64,000 nt of DNA from the NCBI GenBank assembly GCA_044892505.1, contig CM097882.1, positions 512,120,001 to 512,184,000 of the forward strand, given 5' to 3'. A model generated the notes under the pieces. It was not told the DNA's origin, searched no databases, and worked only from the letters and a program-made list of their open reading frames with translations. The stretch is from Schmidtea nova (taxonomy: Eukaryota). Position numbers and translations under genes: made by a program. Below, in pieces: positions 47,436-59,794 of the stretch (position 1 is the stretch's first letter; the number at the start of each line of letters is the position of its first letter).

Positions 47436-49830
47436 ATGATTTTTACAACAACACACCAACACATAAATGGATCAAAACGGCTATGCCTCATAGATTCCGG
47501 CTGCTCGACAACAATTAAACACGGAGAAGCCATCACATCACCCAGCGCTCAAGATGGATCGATACTGCCGGTGAGTCAGAGCAAGGCAGAAATCGAATTA
47601 GAAGGAAAGAAATTTATCATTGGCTGTTTCATTTCTAGAAAAATGATAGTGGGATATGCTGTCATATTAGGTATGAAAGCCATTATAGCACTAGGAGGCG
47701 TGACAATCAGTGAAGACGTCAGATTTGGATGTGAATTGAAATGTTTGATGGCTGTAAACGGAAACGAAGCCCAGAGTTTTATAATTCAAAGAAAGAACTT
47801 CGAAGCAAAGTTCAACAAAGAATGGATGGTATCATGGAATTGGAACACAGAACCCCCAAGTATCAATGTCAGATCGAAACTTCAAGTCAGATCCAGATAA
47901 GCCCAAAGCAAACCTGGCACTCAAAGTCATCGAACAGTGGGTCCAAAATGGATGGTTAGTCGAATATGACGAAAAACTGTTCGGTGAGCGTGTTGGAGCA
48001 GTAACTTTATTTCCGGTTATGCAAAAGAACAAGAGCAAAATACTGTCAGTGTTCGATTTTAGAGCTTTAAATCATTATTTAGACGTCTATAGTTTAGAAG
48101 CAGTAGTTTGCAATGAAACAATAAGGGATTATAGAAAGAAGGGAAACAAAAAAGCGATTTTGTATTTATCTGATGCGTACATGCTAATCCGGGTTGATGA
48201 GAGTATATGGAAGTACTAGTCATGCATTATAAACGGAAAGCGATATGCATTGACAACACTAGGCTTCGGAATCAATATCTCTCCCGGTATTATGACAGAG
48301 ATTGTTAATTACGTGTTAAGCTTAAATGACAGAATAAAAAAAGGAGCCAGTGCGTACATAGACGATATTTTTATCGAAGAAGTTGTCCCAGCTGAAGAAG
48401 TAAAAGCCTGGCTAGGTAAATTTAACTTGATGACGAAAGAAATTGAACGCCCTTCGTCAAATAAAGATCTAAGAATGCTCCGATTATCAGTTCATATTGA
48501 GGATAACGTATTAAAATGGAACCAAGTCAATGTCATTTGCTAAGAATTTGAAGAAAAGAGAATGAACAGACGAGAACTGTATTCATTATGCGGTCAATTA
48601 ACCGGAATTCTTCCAGTTGCAGGCTAGTTGCGACCCGCGTGCTCTTATCTCAAACGATTAAGCGAAGGGGAATGGGACCGGCCAATCGACGTGTAATTAC
48701 TAGACAAAGTTAAATGGTTAATAAAGGAGGTTGAAAAGAATGATCCGGCTCATGGTATATGGAAAGCACCGATGGACAGAGGAAACATTTTATGGTGTGA
48801 TGCCAGCTTTATCGCCATAGGAGCAGCGCTAGAAATCGACGGAAATATCATGGAAAACACATGCTGGTTGAGAAAAGAGGACGTTAGGCACATTAATATG
48901 TGCGAACTTGAGGCGATCGTTAAAGGCATCAATTCATGCATCAAATGGAATTTAAAGTCGTAAAAATCATGTCGGATAACAAATCCGTGGTAAGTTGGGT
49001 GCATATTGTCTTGACATCCGAGAGAAAGGTTTCAACGAAAGCTTCCTCAGAAATGTTAGTAAATAGAAAGCTCAACATTATTAAAGAACTAATTATTGAA
49101 TATGAGATAAAGGCTGAAATAGAATACGTTCCAACTGACAAAAATAAATCTGATATATTAACCAGAATTCCCTCAAATTGAATTACAAAACATACGTGTA
49201 ATACGGCGTTACTAGACCCAGGTGAAGATCCCATCAAGAACGCAGTTAAAATACACAAATTAAGCCATTTTAGAGGAGACCGGTTGAGGTTCTTGACCAA
49301 GGAAGCAGGAATTAATCTTTCTCAAAATGAATTAAAAGAGATTGTCGAGAAGTGTGACAAATGTCAGTCAATAGACCCTCATCCGGGTAAGATCAGCAAA
49401 GGGCAATTAGAGGTAAAAGATTCTTGGAAACAATTAGCTATCGATGTGACGAAATTACATCAAAGAAAATTTTTAACAATAATAGATTGCGGGCCTTCTC
49501 GATTTGCGATTTGACGAGAAATACGAAACGAAAGCGCAGACGAAATTTGCAAGCAGTTGGAACAGATATTTTATGAAATAGGACCTCCTGACGAGCTTCT
49601 GTTGGAGAAACTTTCACTTCTCTAATGAAAAAGTGGAGAATTATAACTGAACTCAGATCCGCTAATAGACCAGCAGACAACGGCATTATTGAGAGGAACC
49701 ATAAAACAATAAAAGCTGCAGTCACGCGATTGGAATGCTCAGTGCAAGAAGCAATTTACTGGTACAATAATACACCAGTAAATGGTTCTTTCAGACCCCC
49801 AATAAAAGGCATTACGCTTATGACCTAAGA
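47436..49830 (+). pseudogene. Decayed pol: protease, RT, DIRS-like RNase H and DDE integrase
   Basis: CLIDSGCSTT; VFDFRALN, LSDAYM, GFG...YIDD; WCDAS...HINMCELEAIVKG...SDNKSVVSW; H-H/C-C, LAIDVT and NGIIERNHKTIK. Several frameshifts and stops. Confidence 0.88.
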
Positions 49831-50233
49831 CTTCGATTTAATGAAACGAAAAAAACGGCTCAACAAATAGACAATGGCTTTCAGATTAACGACAAGGTGT
49901 GGGTGAATCCCGCCCAAAATCAACAATGTTTATCTTCCTGGATAAGAGGAAGAATCATGAAGCTGCTGCCTCCGCATAAAGCAATCGTCGATTACAGAAC
50001 CGTGGCAATGTCGCGTCATGTAGCCGACCTTAGACGCAGGAATGAAGATTCGTCAGAATCTCTGGGAGATGTATAAAGAAGAGGAATTTAAAATAATAAT
50101 TTTTAAAAGAAAAGAAAGTTGTTTAAATAAGTAGATTTATTGAATGAATAAATATTTGAATTATCTTATTATCACACAAAGGTGTTATAGAAACTTAAGA
50201 AAATAAAAGTATAATTAAAATAATATTTTAATT

Positions 50234-50765
50234 CGTATTCCGACAATCCGCCAACACGACAATCCGCCAAATGACAATCCGCCAACAGACAATCTGCCAA
50301 CACGACGCTGACATTTATAAAAAAAATATTTGTAGGTCATCATATTAAAATTAATTCACATGTACTTGTTTAAAAGTTACTTTTTGTCCTTTTAAAATTT
50401 GGTGTCTGTTCCGGTTCACTGTTCAATTGTAAATGTAATATTAATTTAAAACTATAACATTGCAGAATTGTTTAATTAAGTTTAAGTAATTTTAATATTA
50501 ACTCGCAAAATGTTAATTAATTATTTGTTGCAATTAAATTGAAAATTAATATTTACCTCTCAGCCAGTTAAATTGTTTAAATATTTAATTAAAATTTTAT
50601 ATTAAACAATTACTAGTTGATTCTTATCTTTCAGCGGAGAATTTATTATTAAAATTTTAAAAATATAATAAATTTAAAATGTATGTATGTTAAAACAAAA
50701 ATTTATCGATTTTTTGGCAGATTGTCGTTTGGCAGATTGTCGTTTGGCGGATTGTCGTACAACCG
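50234..50765. mobile_element. MITE-like element with inverted subterminal repeat arrays
   Basis: Four GACAATC(C/T)GCCAA units at the left end and three inverted TTGGC(A/G)GATTGTC units at the right end. Confidence 0.75.
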
Positions 50766-51716
50766 TTTTTACTATTTATAATTCAATGATCATGGTTGTT
50801 TGTGACATTGTTTAGGATGATAAAAATAAATTTTTAATCCACAGAGAAGCTTGTGATGCTTTGTTTTAGTGACTCTGGAGGACTAGTCTCATACAAGATA
50901 GGATTTGTCTGAACGTGCTTAAATACGTTTTAATAGGACTTCTACTAAACTTACAACTCGTACTTATGGAGATAAGTATCTATGTGAGCAAATAGACAAT
51001 ATTTTAATAAAGTAACACTACTTAGATGAGAAAACATACGAAGTCTCAAGTTTATTTATGAAACTGCTTCACCAGAAAAAAATATATACATTGTTAAGCA
51101 CAATGAATATTACGGTTTAAAATAATAAAATTCAATTATAAATTATTATTTATTTTAAAGAATGAAATAAAGCTAAGAAATTTACAATGTTGTTTACAAA
51201 GTAGTTTATTTCTATTTATATAGAACTACCAGAAGAACATATGTTAATATTCGAATAAAATACGCGTGTTATATTTGTTATATCGCATCTAATTTGAAAA
51301 AAATATAGTATTTCAAATTTTTGAATATTTTTGGGAAACTCGGATATAATACGCGCGTATTATATTTGGGGAAGACTGTAGGCATTCGGGTAAATATATT
51401 TTAGATAAATCATGAAAGATTATGGAAATTATATCATTAAATTGTAACGAAAATAGGCGAAAGGGTGATAATAAATCAAGTTATGCTTTTCTAGTAATTC
51501 TTTTGATAGTGTAGTCGATGATGAATTGAAGTTCAGTTCGTAGAAAATATGATGTATCTCTATCATTATTATATTAATGTAATAGCGAAGAACCAAAGTT
51601 CCGTTCAACAGCATTTATCCTATTAAATATAATATGATTATATTTGCATATTAGAAATAAATACCATAACTTGTATTCAAAGGTCAAAAATCCAAGCTAT
51701 ATGACTATGATGCATT

Positions 51717-52483
51717 TGTTGGGTTATTGGGTTGTTGGTGAAATGTAAAAGTTACCAATCAAATCTCTGACTCAAAGCGTGCTTTATTTGATCCACAAAA
51801 TAACAATTCTCAGACAATATAAAGTTTATATCTATCTTAACATCCGTCTGTTTAAAGAACTATGCAGACATGGATTTTGATCACCAAGTCCTTCTTTTCT
51901 ACACTGCAGTACGCTGGTTGTCAAAAAGAAAGGTTGTGAATCGTGTCTTTGAATTGAAAGATGAAATCAAGTTGTTCCTGGAAGTGCAAGGGAAACATGA
52001 CCTTTTGGTATACTTTAACTACAAAGTTTGGTTGAAAAAGAGTAACATATCTAGCAGATATATTAGAACAGCGAAACAGACTGAATTTAAAAATTCAGGG
52101 AAAGGTTGGCGTTAACAAAAACCCAACAGCGAATTTCGATGCTGATTAATATCATGCAATGTCAACCATCGCATTAAATTGATTATTAAACATAAAATAA
52201 AGTTTTACTAAAAATATATATTGTTTGTTTTTTCATTACCTTATTAAAATGCTTTTTTTAGATTGTATCAGGGTCGCCTGTCACTTGGCTTTAATAAAAA
52301 AGGGGTCGCCACCCGAAAAAGGTTGGAAACTTATATTATAAACCTTCATTGATTACAATTTTTCAATTTTTGTTTTCTGTTTTCTTCTCCGAATTCCAGA
52401 ATGCTATCTCAATCACACTATCGGTTTTCTCCAAGTTATTCTAATTATTTATAATATTATTTACTATTTAGGTATCATCAACA
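51717..52483 (-). mobile_element. Solo LTR of the ~1-kb family whose centre is replaced by a hAT fragment
   Basis: 51717-51835 matches the LTR 3' end and 52330-52483 matches the LTR 5' end. No clean TSD. Confidence 0.65.
51840..52330 (+). pseudogene. Buster-type hAT transposase fragment with 3' end
   Basis: HQVLLFYTAVRWLSKRKVVNRVFELKDEIKLFL, followed by a GGGTCGCC...AAAAAGGTTGGAAAC terminal-like sequence. Confidence 0.75.
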
Positions 52484-52742
52484 TATCTCCTCATCAACAT
52501 TCGTCCTCAAATTTAAATTATGTTCAGTCAATTTTTCTCAAATTTATTCTCTTAGAATTACCTAATGAATTCAATAATAAGAAATTTTATGTATATATAT
52601 ATATAGTAAAATAATGTTGGGTTATTTGGTTGTTGGTGAAATGTAAAAGTGTATTACACACTTGATAAAGGCTGTGCCGAAATATTGTGTACTTATTTAA
52701 AGAAATTTTGATCTATAGTCATCCATTATGGAAATTATTGAT

Positions 52743-52776
<34 letters not shown>

Positions 52777-54166
52777 TAAAAATAAAAAAATAATATTATT
52801 ATAAATAATATTAATAATAATGAAAAATTTTCTGTAATAATTTAATTGGTTTGATTTTGATTATTGTAGGAATATTCTTTTAATATTTTTTAACCATATC
52901 ATGATTGAATTAGAATGTGCGTATAAATCAGGCTTATTTTACTTGTTTGTAAAATTTGGACGGATATGGAGCGCTAAAGAGAGAATTAATTTTTATCATT
53001 AAACATTTTGACTATAATTCTGCCCGATAATACTAAATAATTAATTGTGTGGACGTGATTAAAAAAGCCTGGCCAAATAATTTACAATAAATATAATAGT
53101 TATTAAGATTTATTTTTCAGTATGGAGATTTCACCAAGAAGTTTGAATCAACTGATTCATTCAAAAAATTCGAAATACAGATCGAGGTTTTAATATAGAA
53201 TCTCATGGAGAGGTTTTATGGTCACTAGACGTTGACGATATTTCATATGTAGGAAATATGCTGAGGCCATCTTTAAAGCACAGATAGGTTTCAGATAAGT
53301 TAGTGAGCAAGTATCCTCCGCTGTATTTTTTTTAGTTTTCTACATAATGTAGACATTTATTTATTTTTAATAAATCAAAGTTTTTAATTGTGTTCAAAAC
53401 TTTATCTTTATTTCATAAGTTCCGGTAAATTCGGATTCTCTATTTAACGTTTAATATTAGGTTAAATTTCTCCATGAAAACCACTAGGTAGAATTTTTCT
53501 CATGTCATCTATAACCAGAATTACTTATCTTTTTAAGAAACTCATTAAACAAATCAATCATTTGATTAATTATATTACTGTAATATAATAATAAACGTGC
53601 TAGCTATAAAATTCGTCAAAAATGTCAGATGTTTGTTTAAATATCAATTAAAATTCTTAATTTTCTGGGGCATAAAATCAATTTTTCCTTTTATTGATCC
53701 AATTCATATTCAACAAATCCTAATAACAATATTAATATCTATGAATATTATCTTAGTGTAACTTTCATTTAAATTTTTGGTGCACTGTTGAGAGGCGCAA
53801 ATAAAATTAAAATTAAATCAAACATTTTAAAAAATCATTTTCTATAGTAATAAATTACTATAAGAATATGAAAGATAGTCGAAAATAAAATTGATTAAAA
53901 AAATTAAGAGAGAAATTATTACAATAGGAATTATATACAAAAATTAATAATGATAGAATTTTGCAAATTAAAAAAGAGTAAAATCGAATAATAAAGATTG
54001 GAAAAGTTCAAGCAATTTGAAGTTCATTAAAAAACGAAGAAGATTGAGAAGTTAAAAAAATATTACTTATAATAATTACTTATAATAATCATTAGATAAT
54101 CATACTGGGTTACATAGTCACTCACAAATATAGTAAATTATATATAAACACAAAAAGCGTTGTAAA

Positions 54167-54169
<3 letters not shown>

Positions 54170-54248
<79 letters not shown>
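54170..54248. repeat. (TA)n microsatellite
   Basis: About 39 TA units. Confidence 0.95.
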
Positions 54249-54251
<3 letters not shown>

Positions 54252-54743
54252 GGATTTCGAAGAAGAAATCGTTTTTAAAGCGGAAGATATGTTATTATAG
54301 GTGGTGCGTTCTATAAGTACCCGACAAAACTGGGAAAAATAATATTCAATAATCCATTTTTTGTAAAACTAATTCTTTAATATATATTGTTTGGTTGACA
54401 CACACATAGATAGGAAAATTCGCAATAAGATAGAAAGGAAAATGATAACATAAATGAATATCGAATAAAAATAATAATAAATTGAAAAGAAAAACAATAA
54501 GAGCAAATCGAAATTGGAAAATTAAGAATAATTGATAAAATTAATAAAAAATAAATAAACTGAAATTTCATTGAAAGTCAACAAGAAAGAAAAAATAAAA
54601 GAGAAAAGATTAAAAATTAATTGAAAAATTAAGTGAATTTAGAATTTTAATTGAAAAATAAAACGAATAACAATGATAACAATATAAAGCCAAGATTGGC
54701 TAAATAATTTAATTTAATAAGATGTTTTGAGGAGGCGAGTCAG

Positions 54744-54785
54744 TTCTGATTGGCTAGCTTGGCCACGCAAGTACTATATAAAGAA
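54744..54785 (+). promoter_or_regulatory. Inverted CCAAT box plus TATA box of a third, diverged copy of the promoter-bearing segment
   Basis: TTCTGATTGG-N21-TATATAAAGAA, preceded by an A-rich tract as at 41900-42260. Confidence 0.55.
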
Positions 54786-56169
54786 CATACTAAGTCAGCG
54801 TGTTAACCAATCGGTTGTTGAATAGCTTAAAATCTCAACTTTTAGCATTATTTATCGGTTTAAATTGAGGATCAGCAAGCAGCATTTGTTATTGTCAATA
54901 GTATTCATTTCGCGTATCAATCATCGAAGAAATAAAGAATTCGTAATTATTATTTTGTTTAATTATTTATTTATGAATCCTCTCATATTTCTGTCGTCAC
55001 CCCTAAATTGAATTAGGAAGGAGCTCTGTCGGTCCATAGTCTACGTGTTCGTGATGCGTTGGAGAAACTTGAATCGAAAAGTCGGGGCGAGTTCTTTAAC
55101 AATCGTCTTAAATTATATAGATGGTAAAAAATAAATGTAATGGGTAGATAATTAATAGTAAATGGATAGGTGAAACCCCGAGATTTCGTACGATCTCGTT
55201 TTTGCGATAAAATATTATGACGTAATATTCGTAATTAAATAATATGTTACAAGGTTAGTGAGCATGGCTCGCAATTCTAGTAATTAATAATCAACAACGA
55301 AAATTCCTATAAAAACAGCAAAACAATATAAATAAGTAAACAAAATCAGTTGGTGGAACAAATTTTCGAGTGGAAACATTATCCAGATAAGGAATCGAGT
55401 AGCAGTGATAAACTGTAGCCATAAAAAATTTCGGTCGAAAATAAATCAGTCCAATAGTCGAAATGAAATGTGATAATGAACAAGTAAGTAGGGTATTTTG
55501 CCAAACGATAAGTTAACGTGGGAATCGCTAATAAGAGATCCCCGACTCGTGCTAGTTACCTATCACAAAAATGCCGGATAAGGACATTTAATAGTCGGTC
55601 AACCTTTGGAAAGGAAACGGCCGAGAAAAGATAACCGACAAATTACGGTGAAGTTGATAACACTGTTTTCAATACGGAAACGAAAATGTGAATAGTTTAT
55701 AAATTGGCTGAGTCAGAGGCTGAAAATTGTAAAAAATATATGGTTAATCGTGGCTCAAATGTTGAGCCATGTGTGCGCATAGTTATAATTTATTTATTCA
55801 TTTGGCGTCTGTATGCGCTTTTTTTCTAATTTAATGTCGCGTCTGTGTGCGCGGTATGAGTTTTCTTACGTGTCTGTGTGTGCATTAATTGTGTAGTAAA
55901 TTGTTCCTGCGTCCGTGAGCGCATGTATATGTTCGCGTCTGTGTGCGCAGGTTTTTATCTTGGAGTACATCGAATTATTGTTGATTTATCGTTGGATTTT
56001 TGGATTTGTTTTATTATGCCAATTTAGACTTGAATTTGCTGGGAAGTTAGAATTTTGCTTGGTGTAATCAAATTTAAAAAATAAACGTTTCTTTTTGAAA
56101 ATTTGTTTTGTTCTTGGATCTTCATAATGCCTGTCAAATTTGGTCAACCTGTAACGTTAAGTGACAATG

Positions 56170-56520
56170 GGAAAACTGACAAAAAAGGAGTTATAATCAA
56201 TTTAGTCGATTCTCCTGGTCACATTGATTTCAGCCGTGAAATTGAAGCGTTATTGCGAGTTAATGATGGAACACTTGTTTTTGTGAATTGTGTTTCCCGA
56301 ATCTGCGTTCAAACAGAGATTCTATTGCGACAAGCTATTGCTGAACAAATCAAACCGGTGTTGTTCATGAATAAAAAGGATATGGTAGTTCAAAGTTTAC
56401 AATGCGCACCGGATGATTTATCGCATTATGGTGAATTGGAAGGGCCAATGGGAGATATTCAAATCGCACCTGAAAATGGCATTATTGGTTCCAGATCATG
56501 ACTACAAAGCGGGGCCTTCG
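56170..56520 (+). pseudogene. EEF2: Elongation factor 2 G-domain fragment
   Basis: [61 protein letters not shown]...[13 protein letters not shown]...*LQSGAF. In-frame deletion after APDDL and an in-frame stop. Confidence 0.9.
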
Positions 56521-56555
56521 TTGCCAAAAGATCAACTGATATAGGACATATGCAG

Positions 56556-56722
56556 NNNNNNNNNNNNNNNNNNNNNNNNNNNNNNNNNNNNNNNNNNNNN
56601 NNNNNNNNNNNNNNNNNNNNNNNNNNNNNNNNNNNNNNNNNNNNNNNNNNNNNNNNNNNNNNNNNNNNNNNNNNNNNNNNNNNNNNNNNNNNNNNNNNNN
56701 NNNNNNNNNNNNNNNNNNNNNN
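56556..56722. other. Assembly gap
   Basis: Run of N. Confidence 1.
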
Positions 56723-57347
56723 AAAAAAGAAAAATAGATAGATAAGTTTTAATTCTTCTTTGTCTATATTTTTGTTTAGTTACAATGATTGGTGAAATTA
56801 AGTACCGCGGCATAATCAAGTCTTTCGCTTTTCCCAAGGAAACTTGTAGTGAAATATTTGACCTGTTTCAGGCGACCTAAAAGAAGGATGCCTTGTTGAT
56901 GACTTCTGTTAAATATTGGGTGAGAGAGTTCAAAGGAAGGTGCACATCAGTTTTTCATGATGAATTAAAAGGACAACCAGTAAAAATTTTGGCGTCTGTT
57001 GATGAAAAATTAAAGAAATTAATCCAAGAAGAGCGTCAAATTACCACGAGAATGTTGTCAACGAATATGAATATCAGTCTTTGCACTATCCATGTAAGAT
57101 AAAAGTTTCTTGGTTTTAGAAAACTTTATTCCAGATTTGTCAGTTGCTTCTTGACTTGCGAAATGATGAAGACGATTGGAGAACGGCAAGAGCAATCTGC
57201 ACCGAGGTTGAAACCCCACTCAGCATGTATTTACTTGAAACCAAACATGAGTTGACAGAATGATGATAAGAACAATGTCAAGCTATCGACGGGTGATAAT
57301 GCTTTCCATTGTTTTGGGATGGAAAGCCATAATTGTCAATAAATTTG

Positions 57348-57500
57348 NNNNNNNNNNNNNNNNNNNNNNNNNNNNNNNNNNNNNNNNNNNNNNNNNNNNN
57401 NNNNNNNNNNNNNNNNNNNNNNNNNNNNNNNNNNNNNNNNNNNNNNNNNNNNNNNNNNNNNNNNNNNNNNNNNNNNNNNNNNNNNNNNNNNNNNNNNNNN
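57348..57500. other. Assembly gap
   Basis: Run of N. Confidence 1.
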
Positions 57501-59041
57501 GATAGATAAGTTTTAATTTTTCTTTGTCTATATTTTTGTTTAGTTACAATGATTGGTGAAATTAAGTACCAAAACTGTACAAACTGTCAGGCACAAAATG
57601 AGAAAAACAAGGAACGCACCCCCTGGTTCTTGTAAGACAATGCCCCTATGCACAAAGAGGGTGTTTCTCGAACCACAATCGAAGCTGTCGGTCTGACGCT
57701 TCTGGATCACCCTCCATACAGCCCTGATCTCGCACTAAAAGATTTCTGGCTTTTTCAACAACTCAAGAAGCATTTATGAGGAACAAAGTTTGCAACAAAT
57801 GAGGGTCTGAAAGCTCCTGTGTAGAATCTATTTTCCGAATGCTTCACCGCATTCTTTAAAAATGTCTCTTTTGAACTGGTTTCACGTTGACAGAAATGTG
57901 TGGACTGAAATGGCGGTTATGCTGAAAAATACTACCTATATATGTTGGTGTTCATTCATAACAAATTGATGCTAATAGAACATTGTTTTCGGTCTCAGGC
58001 CAGGTACCTATTGAACGCACCACGTACTTAAAATATTTTAGCTCAAAGATCAAAAGAAAAAGAACCAAAAACAGTGATAAATAATTAACTGAATGCATTC
58101 GCATCTAACAATCCAGACAAGAAAATTTGAACTCCTTGACATCTTCTGACAAGTTTGGCTCGTAACGAGGTACACTCGTCATAAGGTTAACACTGTACAG
58201 CAGCGGGTCGCAACCATTGAGTCGCGACTTCCAACAACGTATGGATATAAAAAAACTCTTGTATTTATAACCAATTTTTACAAAATTAACTGCAAATTAT
58301 TTGAAATTTTACAGTTGAAATAAATCACTTAAAAACGTGCACCTGCGTTGTTTTGCAACGTCATAGAGTGCGACGCTCAATAAGTAGTTGAAAACATGTC
58401 TCAACAAGTTGATCGTGTGTTACTAGTATCAGTCAGAATCATTTATTATTTCGTTATTGACAGATAAAATTTCTGAGTTTCGCAGGAGTTTAGTGTGTTT
58501 ATTTTGAATAACTTATTCTGCTTTTCTAATATTTTGTGGTTCGACATTAAGGTATTAATTTAATACATTTAACTACACCAAAACCTCGATTTGCGTTGTT
58601 TTGAAGTTTCGTCGTTCATAAAATTTTGATTTCAAAGTTGCGTCGTTAAATTTTCTATTTGCGTTTCTTAAATTTAAAACGGGGATTCCCAATTTTTTCA
58701 GTCATATCTAACAAAATTAGAATTTTTCTGTTATAGAAAGAGAAAAATCAATAAAACCACACCTACAATTGTTTTACTGAGACCGTGGAGCGAGTCATAA
58801 TGCAATATATTTCTAGGAATAAATAAAAATGGAGGATGGGCTACACAAATATTATCAAACATAAACATTTTATTAGAGAATTCAGAAATTTTCTTTGGAT
58901 TTATGTTTTTTTATCCTGTCTAGTCTATGTAGTGAGTATAGTTTTGTTTCATTATTTCAAAAATTCGTTAAATACTCACTCGTTCTAAAAACTCGCAATA
59001 GTTCAAATTTTTATGAAAAAAAATTTAGTTTTGAATAATTA

Positions 59042-59416
59042 TTGGTATCACACGATGAAGGGTTTACTAATGAAGATTTGATTGCTGTAAGTGTTGAGCA
59101 TGCTTTGGAGGATGATACGGATACACCTGATGTTATTCCAGAAATAAAAAATCTAACGACTGTTCATATTTCAGAAGCGATGCAACACATTTCACAAGCA
59201 ATGGCCATATTTTCAGATAATGATCCCGACGAAAATCGAAGTTTAAAAGTGGCGAAATCTGTAGCTGACGCTGTTAATTGTTATAAAGAAATTTATTTGG
59301 AAAAACATGCAAATAAAATTCAGCAAACTTTGGATAATTTTTTAACAAAATCAGCACGACAAAAAAATCAGTCAACAGAAACGGTTATCGAGTTAGAATC
59401 TTCAAGTTCGGAATAA
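59042..59416 (+). pseudogene. Tigger/pogo transposase C-terminal fragment nested in the hAT
   Basis: SHDEGFTNEDL...NLTTVHISEAM...DPDENRSLKV...VNCYKEIYLEK...QQTLDNF. Confidence 0.75.
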
Positions 59417-59794
59417 AAAAATAAATTATCTAAACTGTAACTGAAAATTATAATTATTTTGGTGTTTATTGAATTTTTTAATTTTATTTATTATCTTTTA
59501 TGTTTTTTTATTAAGTTTTGTTTTTAACTTATTTTGAATTAAAAAGTTTTTGTTGCATTAAATATGTGTGTATGTATTTTTTATTAGAAACAAGATTCTG
59601 GATTTTTCTATAAATATTTTCAGTCTGGAACCAATTAAGAGAAAACATGAAGAAACACATAGGAAAAATTATTTCGATTTGTGTAGTTTTTCTTCGGTCC
59701 CTATTACCGACGCAAATCAAGGTTTTGGTATATTTGCTATCAATTTTGCTCATGAAAATGATAACTTTTTAGATTTTACACGAGAGCCCTCAGT

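Larger units (their letters stand above)
41150..50178 (+). mobile_element. Full-length LTR retrotransposon with 109-bp LTRs, carrying a large internal insertion
   Basis: TG...CA LTRs at 41150-41258 and 50070-50178 differ at 3 positions. Perfect 5-bp TSD AAGGT and PPT CTGGGAGA. Decayed gag-protease-RT-RNase H-integrase order. Confidence 0.92.
54300..58024 (+). mobile_element. Decayed mariner element(s) with internal foreign DNA
   Basis: TA-flanked inverted termini (G/C)GTGGTGCGTTC at 54300 and 58024. N-terminal remnant (YWVREFKGRCTSVFHD) at 56770-57120 and C-terminal remnant (DNAPMH, HPPYSPDLA) at 57620-57900. Two N gaps lie inside. Confidence 0.6.
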
